Assembly (NCBI GenBank): GCA_964016885.1
Contig: OZ024742.1
Span: forward strand, 73,966,001-74,030,000
Direction of reading: 5' to 3'
Source: Eledone cirrhosa
Taxonomy: Eukaryota
Length of the DNA: 64,000 nt
Made by a program: the position numbers and the translations under genes. The notes below the pieces were generated by a model, which saw only the letters and a list, made by a program, of their open reading frames with translations, ran no database searches and had not been told where the DNA came from. Numbering within the stretch: the first letter of the stretch is position 1; every line of letters starts with the position of its first letter. This document shows positions 1 to 18,000 of the stretch, piece by piece.

Positions 1-3000
1 GTACCTCTCTTATTCCAGACATCACAATTAACAGCTATAGAACAGTACCTCCCCTCTCTTATCCCAGACATCATAACTAACAACTATAAAACAGTACCTC
101 TCTTATTCCAGACATCACAACTAACAACTATACAGCAGTACCTCTCTCATTCCAGACATCACAACTAACAGCTACACAACACTACCTCCCCTCTCTTATC
201 CCAGACATCACAATTAACAGCTATACAACACTACCTCTCTTATTCCAGACATCACAACTAACAGCTATACAACAGTACCTCTCTTATTCCAGACATCACA
301 ACTAACAGCTATACAACAGTACCTCTCTTATTCCAGACATCACAACTAACAGCTATACAATAGTACCTCACTTATTCCAGACATCACAACTAACAGCTAT
401 AGAACACTATCTCCCCTCTCTTATCCCAGACATCACAACTAACAGTTATACAACAGTACCTCTGTTATTCCAGACATCACAACTAACAAATATGCAACAG
501 TAGCACTTTTATTCCAGACATCACAACTAACAGCTATACAACACTACCTCCCCTCTCTTATCCCAGACATCACAATTAACAGCTATACGACAGTACCTCC
601 CCTCTCTTATTCCAGACATCACAACTAACGGCTATACAACAGTACCTCTCTTCTTCCAGACATCACAACTAACAGCTATACAACAGTACCTCTCTTATTC
701 CAGACATCACAACTAACAGCTATACAACACTACCACTCTTATTCCAGACATCACAACTAACAGCTATTCAACAGTACTCTCTTATTCCAGACATCACGAC
801 TAACAGCTATACAACAGTACCTCTCTTATTCCAGACATCACAACTAACAACTATACAACAGTACCTCTCTTATTCCAGACGTCACAACTAACAGCTATAC
901 AACAGTACCTCTCTTATTCCAGACATCACAACTAACAACTATACAACAGTAGCTCTCTTATTCCAGACATCACAACTAACAGCTATACAACAGTACTCTC
1001 TAATTCCAGACATCACAACTAACAGCTATACAACAGTACCTCTCTTATTCCAGACATCACAACTAACAGCTATACAACACTACCTCTCTTATTCCAGACA
1101 TCACAACTAACAGCTATACAACAGTACCTCTCTTATTCCAGACATCACAACTAACAACTATACAACAGTACCTCTCTTATTCCAGACATCACAACTAACA
1201 ACTATACAACAGTACCTCTCTTATCCCAGACATCACAACTAACAGCTATACAACACTAGCTCCCCTCGCTTATCCCAGACATCACAACTAACAACTATAC
1301 AACAGTACCCCTCTTATTCCAGACATCACAACTAAAAACTATACAACGGTACCTCTCTTATTCCAGACATCACAACTGACCACTATACGACAGTACCTCT
1401 CTTGTCCCAGACATCACAACTAACAGCTATACAACACTACCTCCCTTATCCTAGACATCACAACTAACAACTATACAACAGTACCCCTCTTATTCCAGAC
1501 ATCACAACTAACAACTATACAACAGTACCTCTCTTATTCCAGACATCACAACTAACAACTATACAAGAGTACCTCTCTTATCCCAGGCATCACAACTAAC
1601 AGCTATACAACAGTACCTCTCTTATCCCAGACTACACAACTAACAACTATACAACACTACCACCCCTCTCTTATTCCAGACATCACAACTAACAACTATA
1701 CAACAGTACCTCTCTAATTCCAGACATCACAACTAACAGCTATACAACACTACCTCCTTTATCTTATCCCAGACATCACAACTAACAACTATACAACACT
1801 ACCACCCCCTCTTATTCCAAACATCACAATTAACAGCTATACAACACTACCTCTCTTATTCCAGACATCACAACTAACAGCTATACAACAGTACCTCTCT
1901 TATTCCAGACATCACAACTAACAGCTATACAACAGTACCTCTCTTATTCCAGACATCACAACTAACAGCTATACAATAGTACCTCACTTATTCCAGACAT
2001 CACAACTAACAGCTATAGAACACTATCTTCCCTCTCTTATCCCAGACATCACAACTAACAGTTATACAACAGTACCTCTCTTATTCCAGACATCACAACT
2101 AACAAATATGCAACAGTAGCACTTTTATTCCAGACATCACAACTAACAGCTATACAACACTACCTCCCCTCTCTTATCCCAGACATCACAATTAACAGCT
2201 ATACGACAGTACCTCCCCTCTCTTATTCCAGACATCACAACTAACGGCTATACAACAGTACCTCTCTTCTTCCAGACATCACAACTAACAGCTATACAAC
2301 AGTACCTCTCTTATTCCAGACATCACAACTAACAGCTATACAACACTACCACTCTTATTCCAGACATCACAACTAACAGCTATTCAACAGTACTCTCTTA
2401 TTCCAGACATCACGACTAACAGCTATACAACAGTACCTCTCTTATTCCAGACATCACAACTAACAACTATACAACAGTACCTCTCTTATTCCAGACGTCA
2501 CAACTAACAGCTATACAACAGTACCTCTCTTATTCCAGACATCACAACTAACAACTATACAACAGTAGCTCTCTTATTCCAGACATCACAACTAACAGCT
2601 ATACAACAGTACTCTCTAATTCCAGACATCACAACTAACAGCTATACAACAGTACCTCTCTTATTCCAGACATCACAACTAACAGCTATACAACACTACC
2701 TCTCTTATTCCAGACATCACAACTAACAGCTATACAACAGTACCTCTCTTATTCCAGACATCACAACTAACAACTATACAACAGTACCTCTCTTATTCCA
2801 GACATCACAACTAACAACTATACAACAGTACCTCTCTTATCCCAGACATCACAACTAACAGCTATACAACACTAGCTCCCCTTGCTTATCCCAGACATCA
2901 CAACTAACAACTATACAACAGTACCCCTCTTATTCCAGACATCACAACTAAAAACTATACAACGGTACCTCTCTTATTCCAGACATCACAACTGACCACT

Positions 3001-6000
3001 ATACGACAGTACCTCTCTTATCCCAGACATCACAACTAACAGCTATACAACACTACCTCCCTTATCCTAGACATCACAACTAACAACTATACAACAGTAC
3101 CCCTCTTATTCCAGACATCACAACTAACAACTATACAACAGTACCTCTCTTATTCCAGACATCACAACTAACAACTATACAAGAGTACCTCTCTTATCCC
3201 AGGCATCACAACTAACAGCTATACAACAGTACCTCTCTTATCCCAGACTACACAACTAACAACTATACAACACTACCACCCCTCTCTTATTCCAGACATC
3301 ACAACTAACAACTATACAACAGTACCTCTCTAATTCCAGACATCACAACTAACAGCTATACAACACTACCTCCTTTATCTTATCCCAGACATCACAACTA
3401 ACAACTATACAACACTACCACCCCCTCTTATTCCAAACATCACAATTAACAGCTATACAACACTACCTCTCTTATTCCAGACATCACAACTAACAGCTAT
3501 ACAACAGTACCTCTCTTATTCCAGACATCACAACTAACAGCTATACAACAGTACCTCTCTTATTCCAGACATCACAACTAACAGCTATACAATAGTACCT
3601 CACTTATTCCAGACATCACAACTAACAGCTATAGAACACTATCTCCCCTCTCTTATCCCAGACATCACAACTAACAGTTATACAACAGTACCTCTCTTAT
3701 TCCAGACATCACAACTAACAAATATGCAACAGTAGCACTTTTATTCCAGACATCACAACTAACAGCTATACAACACTACCTCCCCTCTCTTATCCCAGAC
3801 ATCACAATTAACAGCTATACGACAGTACCTCCCCTCTCTTATTCCAGACATCACAACTAACGGCTATACAACAGTACCTCTCTTCTTCCAGACATCACAA
3901 CTAACCGCTATAGAACACTACCTCCCCTCTCTTATCCCAGACATCACAACTAACAGCTATACAACAGTACCTCTCTTATTCCAGACATCACAACTAACAG
4001 CTATACAACACTACCACTCTTATTCCAGACATCACAACTAACAGCTATTCAACAGTACTCTCTTATTCCAGACATCACGACTAACAGCTATACAACAGTA
4101 CCTCTCTTATTCCAGACATCACAACTAACAACTATACAACAGTACCTCTCTTATTCCAGACGTCACAACTAACAGCTATACAACAGTACCTCTCTTATTC
4201 CAGACATCACAACTAACAACTATACAACAGTAGCTCTCTTATTCCAGACATCACAACTAACAGCTATACAACAGTACTCTCTAATTCCAGACATCACAAC
4301 TAACAGCTATACAACAGTACCTCTCTTATTCCAGACATCACAACTAACAGCTATACAACACTACCTCTCTTATTCCAGACATCACAACTAACAGCTATAC
4401 AACAGTACCTCTCTTATTCCAGACATCACAACTAACAACTATACAACAGTACCTCTCTTATTCCAGACATCACAACTAACAACTATACAACAGTACCTCT
4501 CTTATCCCAGACATCACAACTAACAGCTATACAACACTAGCTCCCCTCGCTTATCCCAGACATCACAACTAACAACTATACAACAGTACCCCTCTTATTC
4601 CAGACATCACAACTAAAAACTATATAACAGTACCTCTCTTATTCCAGACATCACAACTGACCACTATACGACAGTACCTCTCTTGTCCCAGACATCACAA
4701 CTAACAGCTATACAACACTACCTCCCTTATCCTAGACATCACAACTAACAACTATACAACAGTACCCCTCTTATTCCAGACATCACAACTAACAACTATA
4801 CAACAGTACCTCTCTTATTCCAGACATCACAACTAACAACTATACAAGAGTACCTCTCTTATCCCAGGCATCACAACTAACAGCTATACAACAGTACCTC
4901 TCTTATCCCAGACTACACAACTAACAACTATACAACACTACCACCCCTCTCTTATTCCAGACATCACAACTAACAACTATACAACAGTACCTCTCTAATT
5001 CCAGACATCACAACTAACAGCTATACAACACTACCTCCTTTATCTTATCCCAGACATCACAACTAACAACTATACAACACTACCACCCCCTCTTATTCCA
5101 AACATCACAACTAACAGCTATACAACACTACCTATCTTATCCCAGACATCACAACTAACAGCTATACAACACTACCTCCCTTCTCTTATCCCAGACATCA
5201 CAACTAACAACTATACAACAGTACCTCTCTTATTCCAGACATCACAACTAACAACTATATAACAGTACCTCTCTTATCCCAGAAATCACAACTAACAACT
5301 ATATAACAGTACCTCTCTTATCCCAGACATCACAACTAACAACTATACAAAAGTACCTCTCTTATCCCAGACATCACAACTAACAGCAATACAACACTAC
5401 CTCCCTTATCTTATCCCAGACATCACAACTAACAACTATACAACAGTACCTCTCTTATCCCAGACATCATAACTAACAACTATACAACAGTACCCCTCTT
5501 ATTCCAGACATTACAACTAACAGCTATACAACACTACCTTCCCTCTCTTATCACAGACATCACAACTAACAACTATACAACACTACCTCTCTTATTCCAG
5601 ACATCACAACTAACAGCTATACAACACTCCCTCTCTTATTCCAGACATCACAATAACAGCTATACAACAGTACCTCTCTTATTCCAGACATCACGCTACA
5701 AGCTATACAACAGTACCTCCCTTATCCCAGACATCACAACTAACAGCTATACAACACTACCTCCCCTCCCTTATCCCAGACATCACAACGAACAACTATA
5801 CAACAGTACCTCTCTTATCCCAGACATCACAATTAACAGCTATACAACAGTACCTCTCTTATTCCAGACATCACAACTAACAGCTATACAACAGTACCTC
5901 TCTTATTCCAGACATCACTGCTAACAGCTATATAACACTACCTCTCTTATCCCAGACATCACAACTAACAGCTATACAACAGTACCTCTCTTATTCCAGA

Positions 6001-9000
6001 CATCACTACTAACAGCTATACAACAGTACCTCCCTTATCCCAGACATCACAACTAACAGCTATACAACACTACCTCCCCACTCTTATTCCAGACATCACA
6101 ACTAACAACTATACAACAGTACTTCTCTTATTCCAGACATCACAACTAACAGCTATACAACAGTACCTCCCCTCTCTTATCCCAGACATCACAATTAACA
6201 GCTATACAACACTACCTCTCTTATTCCAGACATCACAACTAACAGCTATACAACACTACCTCTCTTATCCCAGACATCACAACTAACAGCTATACAACAC
6301 TACCTCTCTTATTCCAGACATCACAACTAACAACTATACAACAGTACCTCTCTTATTCCAGACATCACAACTAACAGCTATACAACACTACCTCTCTTAT
6401 TCCAGACATCACAACTAACAACTATACAACAGTACCTTTCTTATTCCAGACATCACAACTAACACCTATACAACAGCACCTCTCTTATTCCAGACATCAC
6501 AACTAACAACTATACAGCAGTACCTCTCTCATTCCAGACATCACAACTAACAGCTATACAACACTACCTCCCCTCTCTTATCCCAGACATCACAATTAAC
6601 AGCTATACAACACTACCTCTCTTATTCCAGACATCACAACTAACAGCTATACAACAGTACCTCTCTTATTCCAAACATCACAACTAACAGCTATACAACA
6701 GTACCTCTCTTATTCCAGACATCACAACTAACAGCTATACAATAGTACCTCACTTATTCCAGACATCACAACTAACAGCTATAGAACACTATCTCCCCTC
6801 TCTTATCCCAGACATCACAACTAACAGTTATACAACAGTACCTCTCTTATTCCAGACATCACAACTAACAACTATGCAACAGAAGCTCTTTTATTCCAGA
6901 CATCACAACTAACAGCTATACAACACTACCTCCCCTCTCTTATCCCAGACATCACAATTAACAGCTATACGAGAGTACCTCCCCTCTCCTATTCCAGACA
7001 TCACAACTAACGGCTATACAACAGTACCTCTCTTCTTCCAGACATCACAACTAACAGCTATAGAACACTACCTCCCCTCTCTTATCCCAGACATCACAAC
7101 TAACAGCTATACAACAGTACCTCTCTTATTCCAGACATCACAACTAACAGCTATACAACACTACCACTCTTATTCCAGACATCACAACTAACAGCTATAC
7201 AACAGTACTCTCTTATTCCAGACATCACGACTAACAGCTATACAACAGTACCTCTCTTATTCCAGACATCACAACTAACAACTATACAACAGTACCTCTC
7301 TTATTCCAGACATCACAACTAACAGCTATACAACAGTACCTCTCTTATTCCAGACATCACAACTAACAACTATACAACAGTACCTCTCTTATTCCAGACA
7401 TCACAACTAACAGCTATACAACAGTACCTCCCTTATCCCAGACATCACAACTAACAACTATACAACAGTACCTCCCTTCTCTTATCCCAGACATCACAAC
7501 TAACAACTATACAACAGTACTTCTCTTATCGCAGACATCACAACTAACAGCTGTACAACACTACCTACCCTCCCTTATCCCAGACATCACAACTAACAAC
7601 TATACAACGGTACCCCTCTTATTCCAGACATCACAACTAACAACTATACAACAGTACCTCTCTTATCCCAGACATCAAAACTAACAACTATACAACAGTA
7701 CCTCTCTTATCACAGACATCACAACTAACAGCTATACAACACTACCTCCTCTCTCTTTTTCCAGACACCACAACTAACAACTATACAACAGTACCTCTCT
7801 TATTCCAGAAATCACAACTAACAACTATACAACACTACCTCCCCTCCCTTATCCCAGACATCACAACTAACAGCTATACAACACTACCTCCCCTCTCTTA
7901 TCCCAGACATCACAATTAACAACTATACAACAGTACCTCTCTTATTCCAGACATCACAACTAACAGCTATACAACACTACCTCTCTTATTCCAGACATCA
8001 CAACTAACAACTATACAACACTACCTCTCTTATTCCAGACATCACAACTAACAACTATACAACAGTACCTCTCTTATCCCAGACATCACAACTAACAACT
8101 ATACAACAGTACCTCTCTTATTCCAGACATCACCACTAACGGCTATACAACAGTGCCGCTTTTATACCAGACATCACAACTAAGAACTATACAACAGTAC
8201 CTCTCTTATTCCAGACATCACAACTAACAGCTATACAACACTACCTCCCCTCTCTTATCCCAGACATCACAACTACCAGCTATACAACAGTACCTCTCTT
8301 ATTCCAGACATCACAACTAACAACTATACAACAGTACCTCTCTTATTCCAGACATCACAACTAACAGCTATACAACACTACCTCCCCTCTCTTATCCCAG
8401 ACATCACAACTAACAGCTATACAACAGTACCTCTCTTATTCCAGACATCACAACTAACAGCTATACAACAGTACCTCTCTTATTCCAGACATCACAACTA
8501 ACAGCTATACAACAGTACCTCTCTTATTCCAGACATCACAACTAACAACTATACAACACTACCTCTGTTATTCCACAGATCACAACTAACAGATATACAA
8601 CACTACCTCTGTTATTCCAGACATCACAACTAACAGCTATACAACAGTACCTCTCTTATTCCAGACATCACAACTAACAGCTATACAACACTACCTCCCC
8701 TCTCTTATCCCAGACATCACAACTAACAACTATACAACACTACCTCTCTTATTCCATACATCACAACTAACAGCTATACAACACTACCTCTCTTATCCCA
8801 GACATCACAACTAACAACTATACAACACTATCTCTCTTATTCCATACATCACAACTAACAGCTATACAACACTACCTCTCTTATCCCAGACATCACAACT
8901 AACAACTATACAACAGTACCTCTCTTATTCCAGACATCACAACTAACAGCTATACAACAGTACCTCCCCTCTCTTATCCCAGACATCACATCTAACAACT

Positions 9001-12000
9001 ATACAACAGTACCCATCTTATTCCAGACATCACAACTAACAGCTATACAACACTACCTCCCCTCTCTTATCCCAGACATCACAACTAACAATTATACAAC
9101 ACTACCTCTCTTATTCCATACATCACAACTAACAGCTATACAACACTACCTCTCTTACCCCAGACATCACAACTAACAACTATACACCAGTACCTCTCTT
9201 ATTCCAGACATCACAACTAACAGCTATACAACAGTACCCATCTTATTCCAGACATCACAACTAACGGCTATACAACAGTACCTCTCTTATCCCAGACACC
9301 GCAGCTAACAACTATACAACAGCACCTCTCTTAGTCCAGACATCACAATTAACAACTATACAACAGTACCTCTCTTATTCCAGACATCACAACTAACAGC
9401 TATACAACAGCACCTCTCTTAGTCCAGACATCACAATTAACAGCTATACAACAGTACCTCTCTTATTCCAGACATCACAACTAACAGCTATAGAACACTA
9501 CCTCCCCTCTCTTATCCCAGACATCACAACTAACAGCTATACAACAGTACCTCTCTTATTCCAGACATCACAACTAACAACTATACAACAGTACCTCTCT
9601 TATTCCAGACATCACAACTAACAGCTGTACAACACTACCTACCCTCCCTTATCCCAGACATCACAACTAACAACTATACAACGGTACCCCTCTTATTCCA
9701 GACATCACAACTAACAACTATACAACAGTACCTCTCTTATCCCAGACATCAAAACTAACAACTATACAACAGTACCTCTCTTATCACAGACATCACAACT
9801 AACAGCTATACAACAGTACCTCTCTAATCCCAGACATCACAACTAACAACTATACAACACTACCTCCCCTCTCTTATTCCAGATATCACAACTAACAACT
9901 ATACGACAGTACCTCTCTAATTCCAGACATCACAACTAACAGCTATACAATACTACCTCCCTTATCTTATCCCAGACATCACAACTAACAACTATACAAC
10001 AGTACCTCTCTTATTCCAGACATCACAACTAACAACTATACAACAGTACCTCTCTTATTCAAGACATCACAACTAACAGCTATACAACACTACCTCTCTT
10101 ATTCCAGACATCACAATAACAGCTATACAACAGTATCTCTCTTATTCCAGACATCACACTAACAGCTATACAACACTACCTCCCTTATCCCAGACATCAC
10201 AACTAACAGCTATACAACACTACCTCCCCTCCCTTTTCCCAGACATCACAACTAACAACTATACTACAGTACCTCTCTTATTCCAGACATCACAACTAAC
10301 AGCTATACAACACTACCTCTCTTATTCCAGACATCACAACTAACAACTATACAACAGTACCTCTCTTATCGCAGACATCACAACTAACAACTATACAACA
10401 GTACCTCTCTTATCCCAGACATCAGAACTAACAGCTATACAACACTACCTCCTCTCTCTTTTTCCAGACACCACAACTAACAACTATACAACAGTACCTC
10501 TCTTATTCCAGACATCACAACTAACAACTATACAACAGTACCTCGCTTATCCCAGACATCACTACCAACAACTATACAACACTACCTCCCCTCCCTTATC
10601 CCAGACATCACAACTAACAGCTATACAACACTACCTCCCCTCTCTTATCCCAGACATCACAATTAACAACTATACAACAGTACCTCTCTTATTCCAGACA
10701 TCACAACTAACAGCTATAGAACACTACCTCCCCTCTCTTATCCCAGACATCACAACTAACAGCTATACAACACTACCTCCCCTCTCTTATCCCAGACATC
10801 ACAACTAACAACTATACAACAGTACCTCTCTTATCCCAGACATCACAACTAACAACTATACAACAGTACCTCTCTTATTCCAGACATCACAACTAACGGC
10901 TATACAACAGTGCCGCTTTTATACCAGACATCACAACTAAGAACTATACAACAGTACCTCTCTTATTCCAGACATCACAACTAACAGCTATACAACACTA
11001 CCTCCCCTCTCTTATCCCAGACATCACAACTACCAGCTATACAACAGTACCTCTCTTATTCCAGACATCACAACTAACAACTATACAACAGTACCTCTCT
11101 TATTCCAGACATCACAACTAACAGCTATACAACACTACCTCCCCTCTCTTATCCCAGACATCACAACTAACAGCTATACAACAGTACCTCTCTTATTCCA
11201 GACATCACAACTAACAGCTATACAACAGTACCTCTCTTATTCCAGACATCACAACTAACAGCTATACAACAGTACCTCTCTTATTCCAGACATCACAACT
11301 AACAACTATACAACAGTACCTCTCTTATTCCAGACATCACAACTAACTGTTATACAACACTACCTCCCCTCTCTTATCCCAGACATCACAATTAACAGCT
11401 ATACAATAGTACCTCTCTTATTCCAGACATCACATCGAACAGCTATACAACACTACCTCTCTTATTCCAGAAATCACAACTAACAGCTATACAACAGTAC
11501 CTCTCTTATTCCAGACATCACAACTAACAGCTATACAACACTACCTCCCCTCTTTTATCCCAGACATCACAACTAACAACTATACAACAGTACCTCTCTT
11601 ATTCCAGACATCACAACTAACAGCTATACAACACTACCTCCCCTCTCTTATCCCAGACATCACATCTAACAACTATACAACAGTACCCATCTTATTCCAG
11701 ACATCACAACTAACGGCTATACAACAGTACCTCTCATATCCCAGACACCACAGCTAACAACTATACAACAGTACCTCTCTTATCCCAGACATCACAACTA
11801 ACAACTATACAACAGTACCTCTCTTATTCCACACATCACAACTAACAACTATACAACAGTACCTCTCTTATTCCAGACATCACAACTAACAGCTATAGAA
11901 CACTACCTCCCCTCTCTTATCCCAGACATCACAACTAACAGCTATACAACACTACCTCCCCTCTCTTATCCCAGACATCACAATTAACAGCTATACAACA

Positions 12001-15000
12001 GTACCTCCCCTCTCTTATTCCAAACATCACAACTAACAACTATACAACACTACCTCTGTTATTCCACAGATCACAACTAACAGATATACAACACTACCTC
12101 TGTTATTCCAGACATCACAACTAACAGCTATACAACAGTACCTCTCTTATTCCAGACATCACAACTAACAGCTATACAACACTACCTCCCCTCTCTTATC
12201 CCAGACATCACAACTAACAACTATACAACACTACCTCTCTTATTCCATACATCACAACTAACAGCTATCCAACACTACCTCTCTTATCCCAGACATCACA
12301 ACTAACAACTATACAACACTATCTCTCTTATTCCATACATCACAACTAACAGCTATACAACACTACCTCTCTTATCCCAGACATCACAACTAACAACTAT
12401 ACAACAGTACCTCTCTTATTCCAGACATCACAACTAACAGCTATACAACAGTACCTCCCCTCTCTTATCCCAGACATCACATCTAACAACTATACAACAG
12501 TACCCATCTTATTCCAGACATCACAACTAACAGCTATACAACACTACCTCCCCTCTCTTATCCCAGACATCACAACTAACAATTATACAACACTACCTCT
12601 CTTATTCCAGACATCACAACTAACAGCTATACAACACTACCTCTCTTATCCCAGACATCACAACTAACAACTATACACCAGTACCTCTCTTATTCCAGAC
12701 ATCACAACTAACAGCTATACAACAGTACCCATCTTATTCCAGACATCACAACTAACGGCTATACAACAGTACCTCTCTTATCCCAGACACCGCAGCTAAC
12801 AACTATACAACAGCACCTCTCTTAGTCCAGACATCACAATTAACAACTATACAACAGTACCTATCTTATTCCAGACATCACAACTAACAGCTATACAACA
12901 GCACCTCTCTTAGTCCAGACATCACAATTAACAGCTATACAACAGTACCTCTCTTATTCCAGACATCACAACTAACAGCTATAGAACACTACCTCCCCTC
13001 TCTTATCCCAGACATCACAACTAACAGCTATACAACAGTACCTCTCTTATTCCAGACATCACAACTAACAACTATACAACAGTACCTCTCTTATTCCAGA
13101 CATCACAACTAACAGCTATACAACACTACCTCCCCTCTCTTATCCCAGACATCACAATTAACAGCTATACAACAGTACCTCCCCTCTCTTATTCCAGACA
13201 TCACAACTAACAACTATACAACACTATCTCTCTTATTCGACACATCACAACTAACAGCTATACAACACTACCTCTCTTATTCCAGACATCACAACTAACA
13301 GCTATACAACAGTACCTCTCTTATTCCAGACATCACAACTAACAGCTATACAACCCTACCCCCCCTCTCTTATCCCAGACATTACAACTATAACTATACA
13401 ACAGTACCTCTCTTATTCCATACATCACAACTAACAGCTATACAACACTACCTGTCTTATTCCAGACATCACAATAACAGCTATACAACAGTACCTCTCT
13501 TATTCCAGACATCACACTAACAGCTATACAACACTACCTCCCCTCTCTTATCCCAGACATCACAACTAACAGCTATACAACACTACCTCTCTTATTCCAG
13601 ACATCACAACTAACAGCTATACAACACTACCTCCCCTCTCTTATTCCAGACATCACAACTAACAGCTATACAACAGTACCTCCCCTCTCTTATCCCAGAC
13701 ATCACATCTAACAACTATACAACAGTACCCATCTTATTCCAGACATCACAACTAACGGCTATACAACAGTACCTCTCTTATCCCAGACACCGCAGCTAAC
13801 AACTATACAACAGCACCTCTCTTAGTCCAGACATCACAATTAACAACTATACAACAGTACCTCTCTTATTCCAGACATCACAACTAACAGCTATACAACA
13901 GCACCTCTCTTAGTCCAGACATCACAATTAACAGCTATACAACAGTACCTCTCTTATTCCAGACATCACAACTAACAGATATAGAACACTACCTCCCCTC
14001 TCTTATCCCAGACATCACAACTAACAGCTATACAACAGTACCTCTCTTATTCCAGACATCACAACTAACAACTATACAACAGTACCTCTCTTATTCCAGA
14101 CATCACAACTAACAGCTGTACAACACTACCTACCCTCCCTTATCCCAGACATCACAACTAACAACTATACAACGGTACCCCTCTTATTCCAGACATCACA
14201 ACTAACAACTATACAACAGTACCTCTCTTATCCCAGACATCAAAACTAACAACTATACAACAGTACCTCTCTTATCACAGACATCACAACTAACAGCTAT
14301 ACAACAGTACCTCTCTAATCCCAGACATCACAACTAACAACTATACAACACTACCTCCCCTCTCTTATTCCAGATATCACAACTAACAACTATACGACAG
14401 TACCTCTCTAATTCCAGACATCACAACTAACAGCTATACAATACTACCTCCCTTATCTTATCCCAGACATCATGACTAACAACTATACAACAGTACCTCT
14501 CTTATTCCAGACATCACAACTAACAACTATACAACAGTACCTCTCTTATTCCAGACATCACAACTAACAGCTATACAACACTACCTCTCTTATTCCAGAC
14601 ATCACAATAACAGCTATACAACAGTATCACTCTTATTCCAGACATCACACTAACAGCTATACAACACTACCTCCCTTATCCCAGACATCACAACTAACAG
14701 CTATACAACACTACCTCCCCTCCCTTTTCCCAGACATCACAACTAACAACTATACAACAGTACCTCTCTTATTCCAGACATCACAACTAACAGCTATACA
14801 ACACTACCTCTCTTATTCCAGACATCACAACTAACAACTATACAACAGTACCTCTCTTATCGCAGACATCACAACTAACAACTATACAACAGTACCTCTC
14901 TTATCCCAGACATCAGAACTAACAGCTATACAACACTACCTCCTCTCTCTTTTTCCAGACACCACAACTAACAACTATACAACAGTACCTCTCTTATTCC

Positions 15001-18000
15001 AGACATCACAACTAACAACTATACAACAGTACCTCGCTTATCCCAGACATCACTACCAACAACTATACAACACTACCTCCCCTCCCTTATCCCAGACATC
15101 ACAACTAACAGCTATACAACACTACCTCCCCTCTCTTATCCCAGACATCACAATTAACAACTATACAACAGTACCTCTCTTATTCCAGACATCACAACTA
15201 ACAGCTATACAACACTACCTCTCTTATTCCAGACATCACAACTAACAACTATACAACACTACCTCTCTTATTCCAGACATCACAACTAACAACTATACAA
15301 CAGTACCTCTCTTATCCCAGACATCACAACTAACAACTATACAACAGTACCTCTCTTATTCCAGACATCACAACTAACGGCTATACAACAGTGCCGCTTT
15401 TATACCAGACATCACAACTAAGAACTATACAACAGTACCTCTCTTATTCCAGACATCACAACTAACAGCTATACAACACTACCTCCCCTCTCTTATCCCA
15501 GACATCACAACTACCAGCTATACAACAGTACCTCTCTTATTCCAGACATCACAACTAACAACTATACAACAGTACCTCTCTTATTCCAGACATCACAACT
15601 AACAGCTATACAACACTACCTCCCCTCTCTTATCCCAGACATCACAACTAACAGCTATAGAACAGTACCTCTCTTATTCCAGACATCACAACTAACAGCT
15701 ATACAACAGTACCTCTCTTATTCCAGACATCACAACTAACAGCTATACAACAGTACCTCTCTTATTCCAGACATCACAACTAACAACTATACAACAGTAC
15801 CTCTCTTATTCCAGACATCACAACTAACTGTTATACAACACTACCTCCCCTCTCTTATCCCAGACATCACAATTAACAGCTATACAATAGTACCTCTCTT
15901 ATTCCAGACATCACATCGAACAGCTATACAACACTACCTCTCTTATTCCAGAAATCACAACTAACAGCTATACAACAGTACCTCTCTTATTCCAGACATC
16001 ACAACTAACAGCTATACAACACTACCTCCCCTCTTTTATCCCAGACATCACAACTAACAACTATACAACAGTACCTCTCTTATTCCAGACATCACAACTA
16101 ACAGCTATACAACACTACCTCCCTTCTCTTATCCCAGACATCACATCTAACAACTATACAACAGTACCCATCTTATTCCAGACATCACAACTAACGGCTA
16201 TACAACAGTACCTCTCATATCCCAGACACCACAGCTAACAACTATACAACAGTACCTCTCTTATCCCAGACATCACAACTAACAACTATACAACAGTACC
16301 TCTCTTATTCCACACATCACAACTAACAACTATACAACAGTACCTCTCTTATTCCAGACATCACAACTAACAGCTATAGAACACTACCTCCCCTCTCTTA
16401 TCCCAGACATCACAACTAACAGCTATACAACACTACCTCCCCTCTCTTATCCCAGACATCACAATTAACAGCTATACAACAGTACCTCCCCTCTCTTATT
16501 CCAAACATCACAACTAACAACTATACAACACTACCTCTGTTATTCCACAGATCACAACTAACAGATATACAACACTACCTCTGTTATTCCAGACATCACA
16601 ACTAACAGCTATACAACAGTACCTCTCTTATTCCAGACATCACAACTAACAGCTATACAACACTACCTCCCCTCTCTTATCCCAGACATCACAACTAACA
16701 ACTATACAACACTACCTCTCTTATTCCATACATCACAACTAACAGCTATACAACACTACCTCTCTTATCCCAGACATCACAACTAACAACTATACAACAC
16801 TATCTCTCTTATTCCATACATCACAACTAACAGCTATACAACACTACCTCTCTTATCCCAGACATCACAACTAACAACTATACAACAGTACCTCTCTTAT
16901 TCCAGACATCACAACTAACAGCTATACAACAGTACCTCCCCTCTCTTATCCCAGACATCACATCTAACAACTATACAACAGTACCCATCTTATTCCAGAC
17001 ATCACAACTAACAGCTATACAACACTACCTCCCCTCTCTTATCCCAGACATCACAACTAACAATTATACAACACTACCTCTCTTATTCCATACATCACAA
17101 CTAACAGCTATACAACACTACCTCTCTTATCCCAGACATCACAACTAACAACTATACACCAGTACCTCTCTTATTCCAGACATCACAACTAACAGCTATA
17201 CAACAGTACCCATCTTATTCCAGACATCACAACTAACGGCTATACAACAATACCTCTCTTATCCCAGACACCGCAGCTAACAACTATACAACAGCACCTC
17301 TCTTAGTCCAGACATCACAATTAACAACTATACAACAGTACCTCTCTTATTCCAGACATCACAACTAACAGCTATACAACAGCACCTCTCTTAGTCCAGA
17401 CATCACAATTAACAGCTATACAACAGTACCTCTCTTATTCCAGACATCACAACTAACAGCTATAGAACACTACCTCCCCTCTCTTATCCCAGACATCACA
17501 ACTAACAGCTATACAACAGTACCTCTCTTATTCCAGACATCACAACTAACAACTATACAACAGTACCTCTCTTATTCCAGACATCACAACTAACAGCTAT
17601 ACAACACTACCTCCCCTCTCTTATCCCAGACATCACAATTAACAGCTATATAACAGTACCTCCCCTCTCTTATTCCAGACATCACAACTAACAACTATAC
17701 AACACTATCTCTCTAATTCGACACATCACAACTAACAGCTATACAACACTACCTCTCTTATTCCAGACATCACAACTAACAGCTATACAACAGTACCTCT
17801 CTTATTCCAGACATCACAACTAACAGCTATACAACCCTACCCCCCCTCTCTTATCCCAGACATTACAACTATAACTATACAACAGTACCTCTCTTTTTCC
17901 ATACATCACAACTAACAGCTATACAACACTACCTGTCTTATTCCAGACATCACAATAACAGCTATACAACAGTACCTCTCTTATTCCAGACATCACACTA

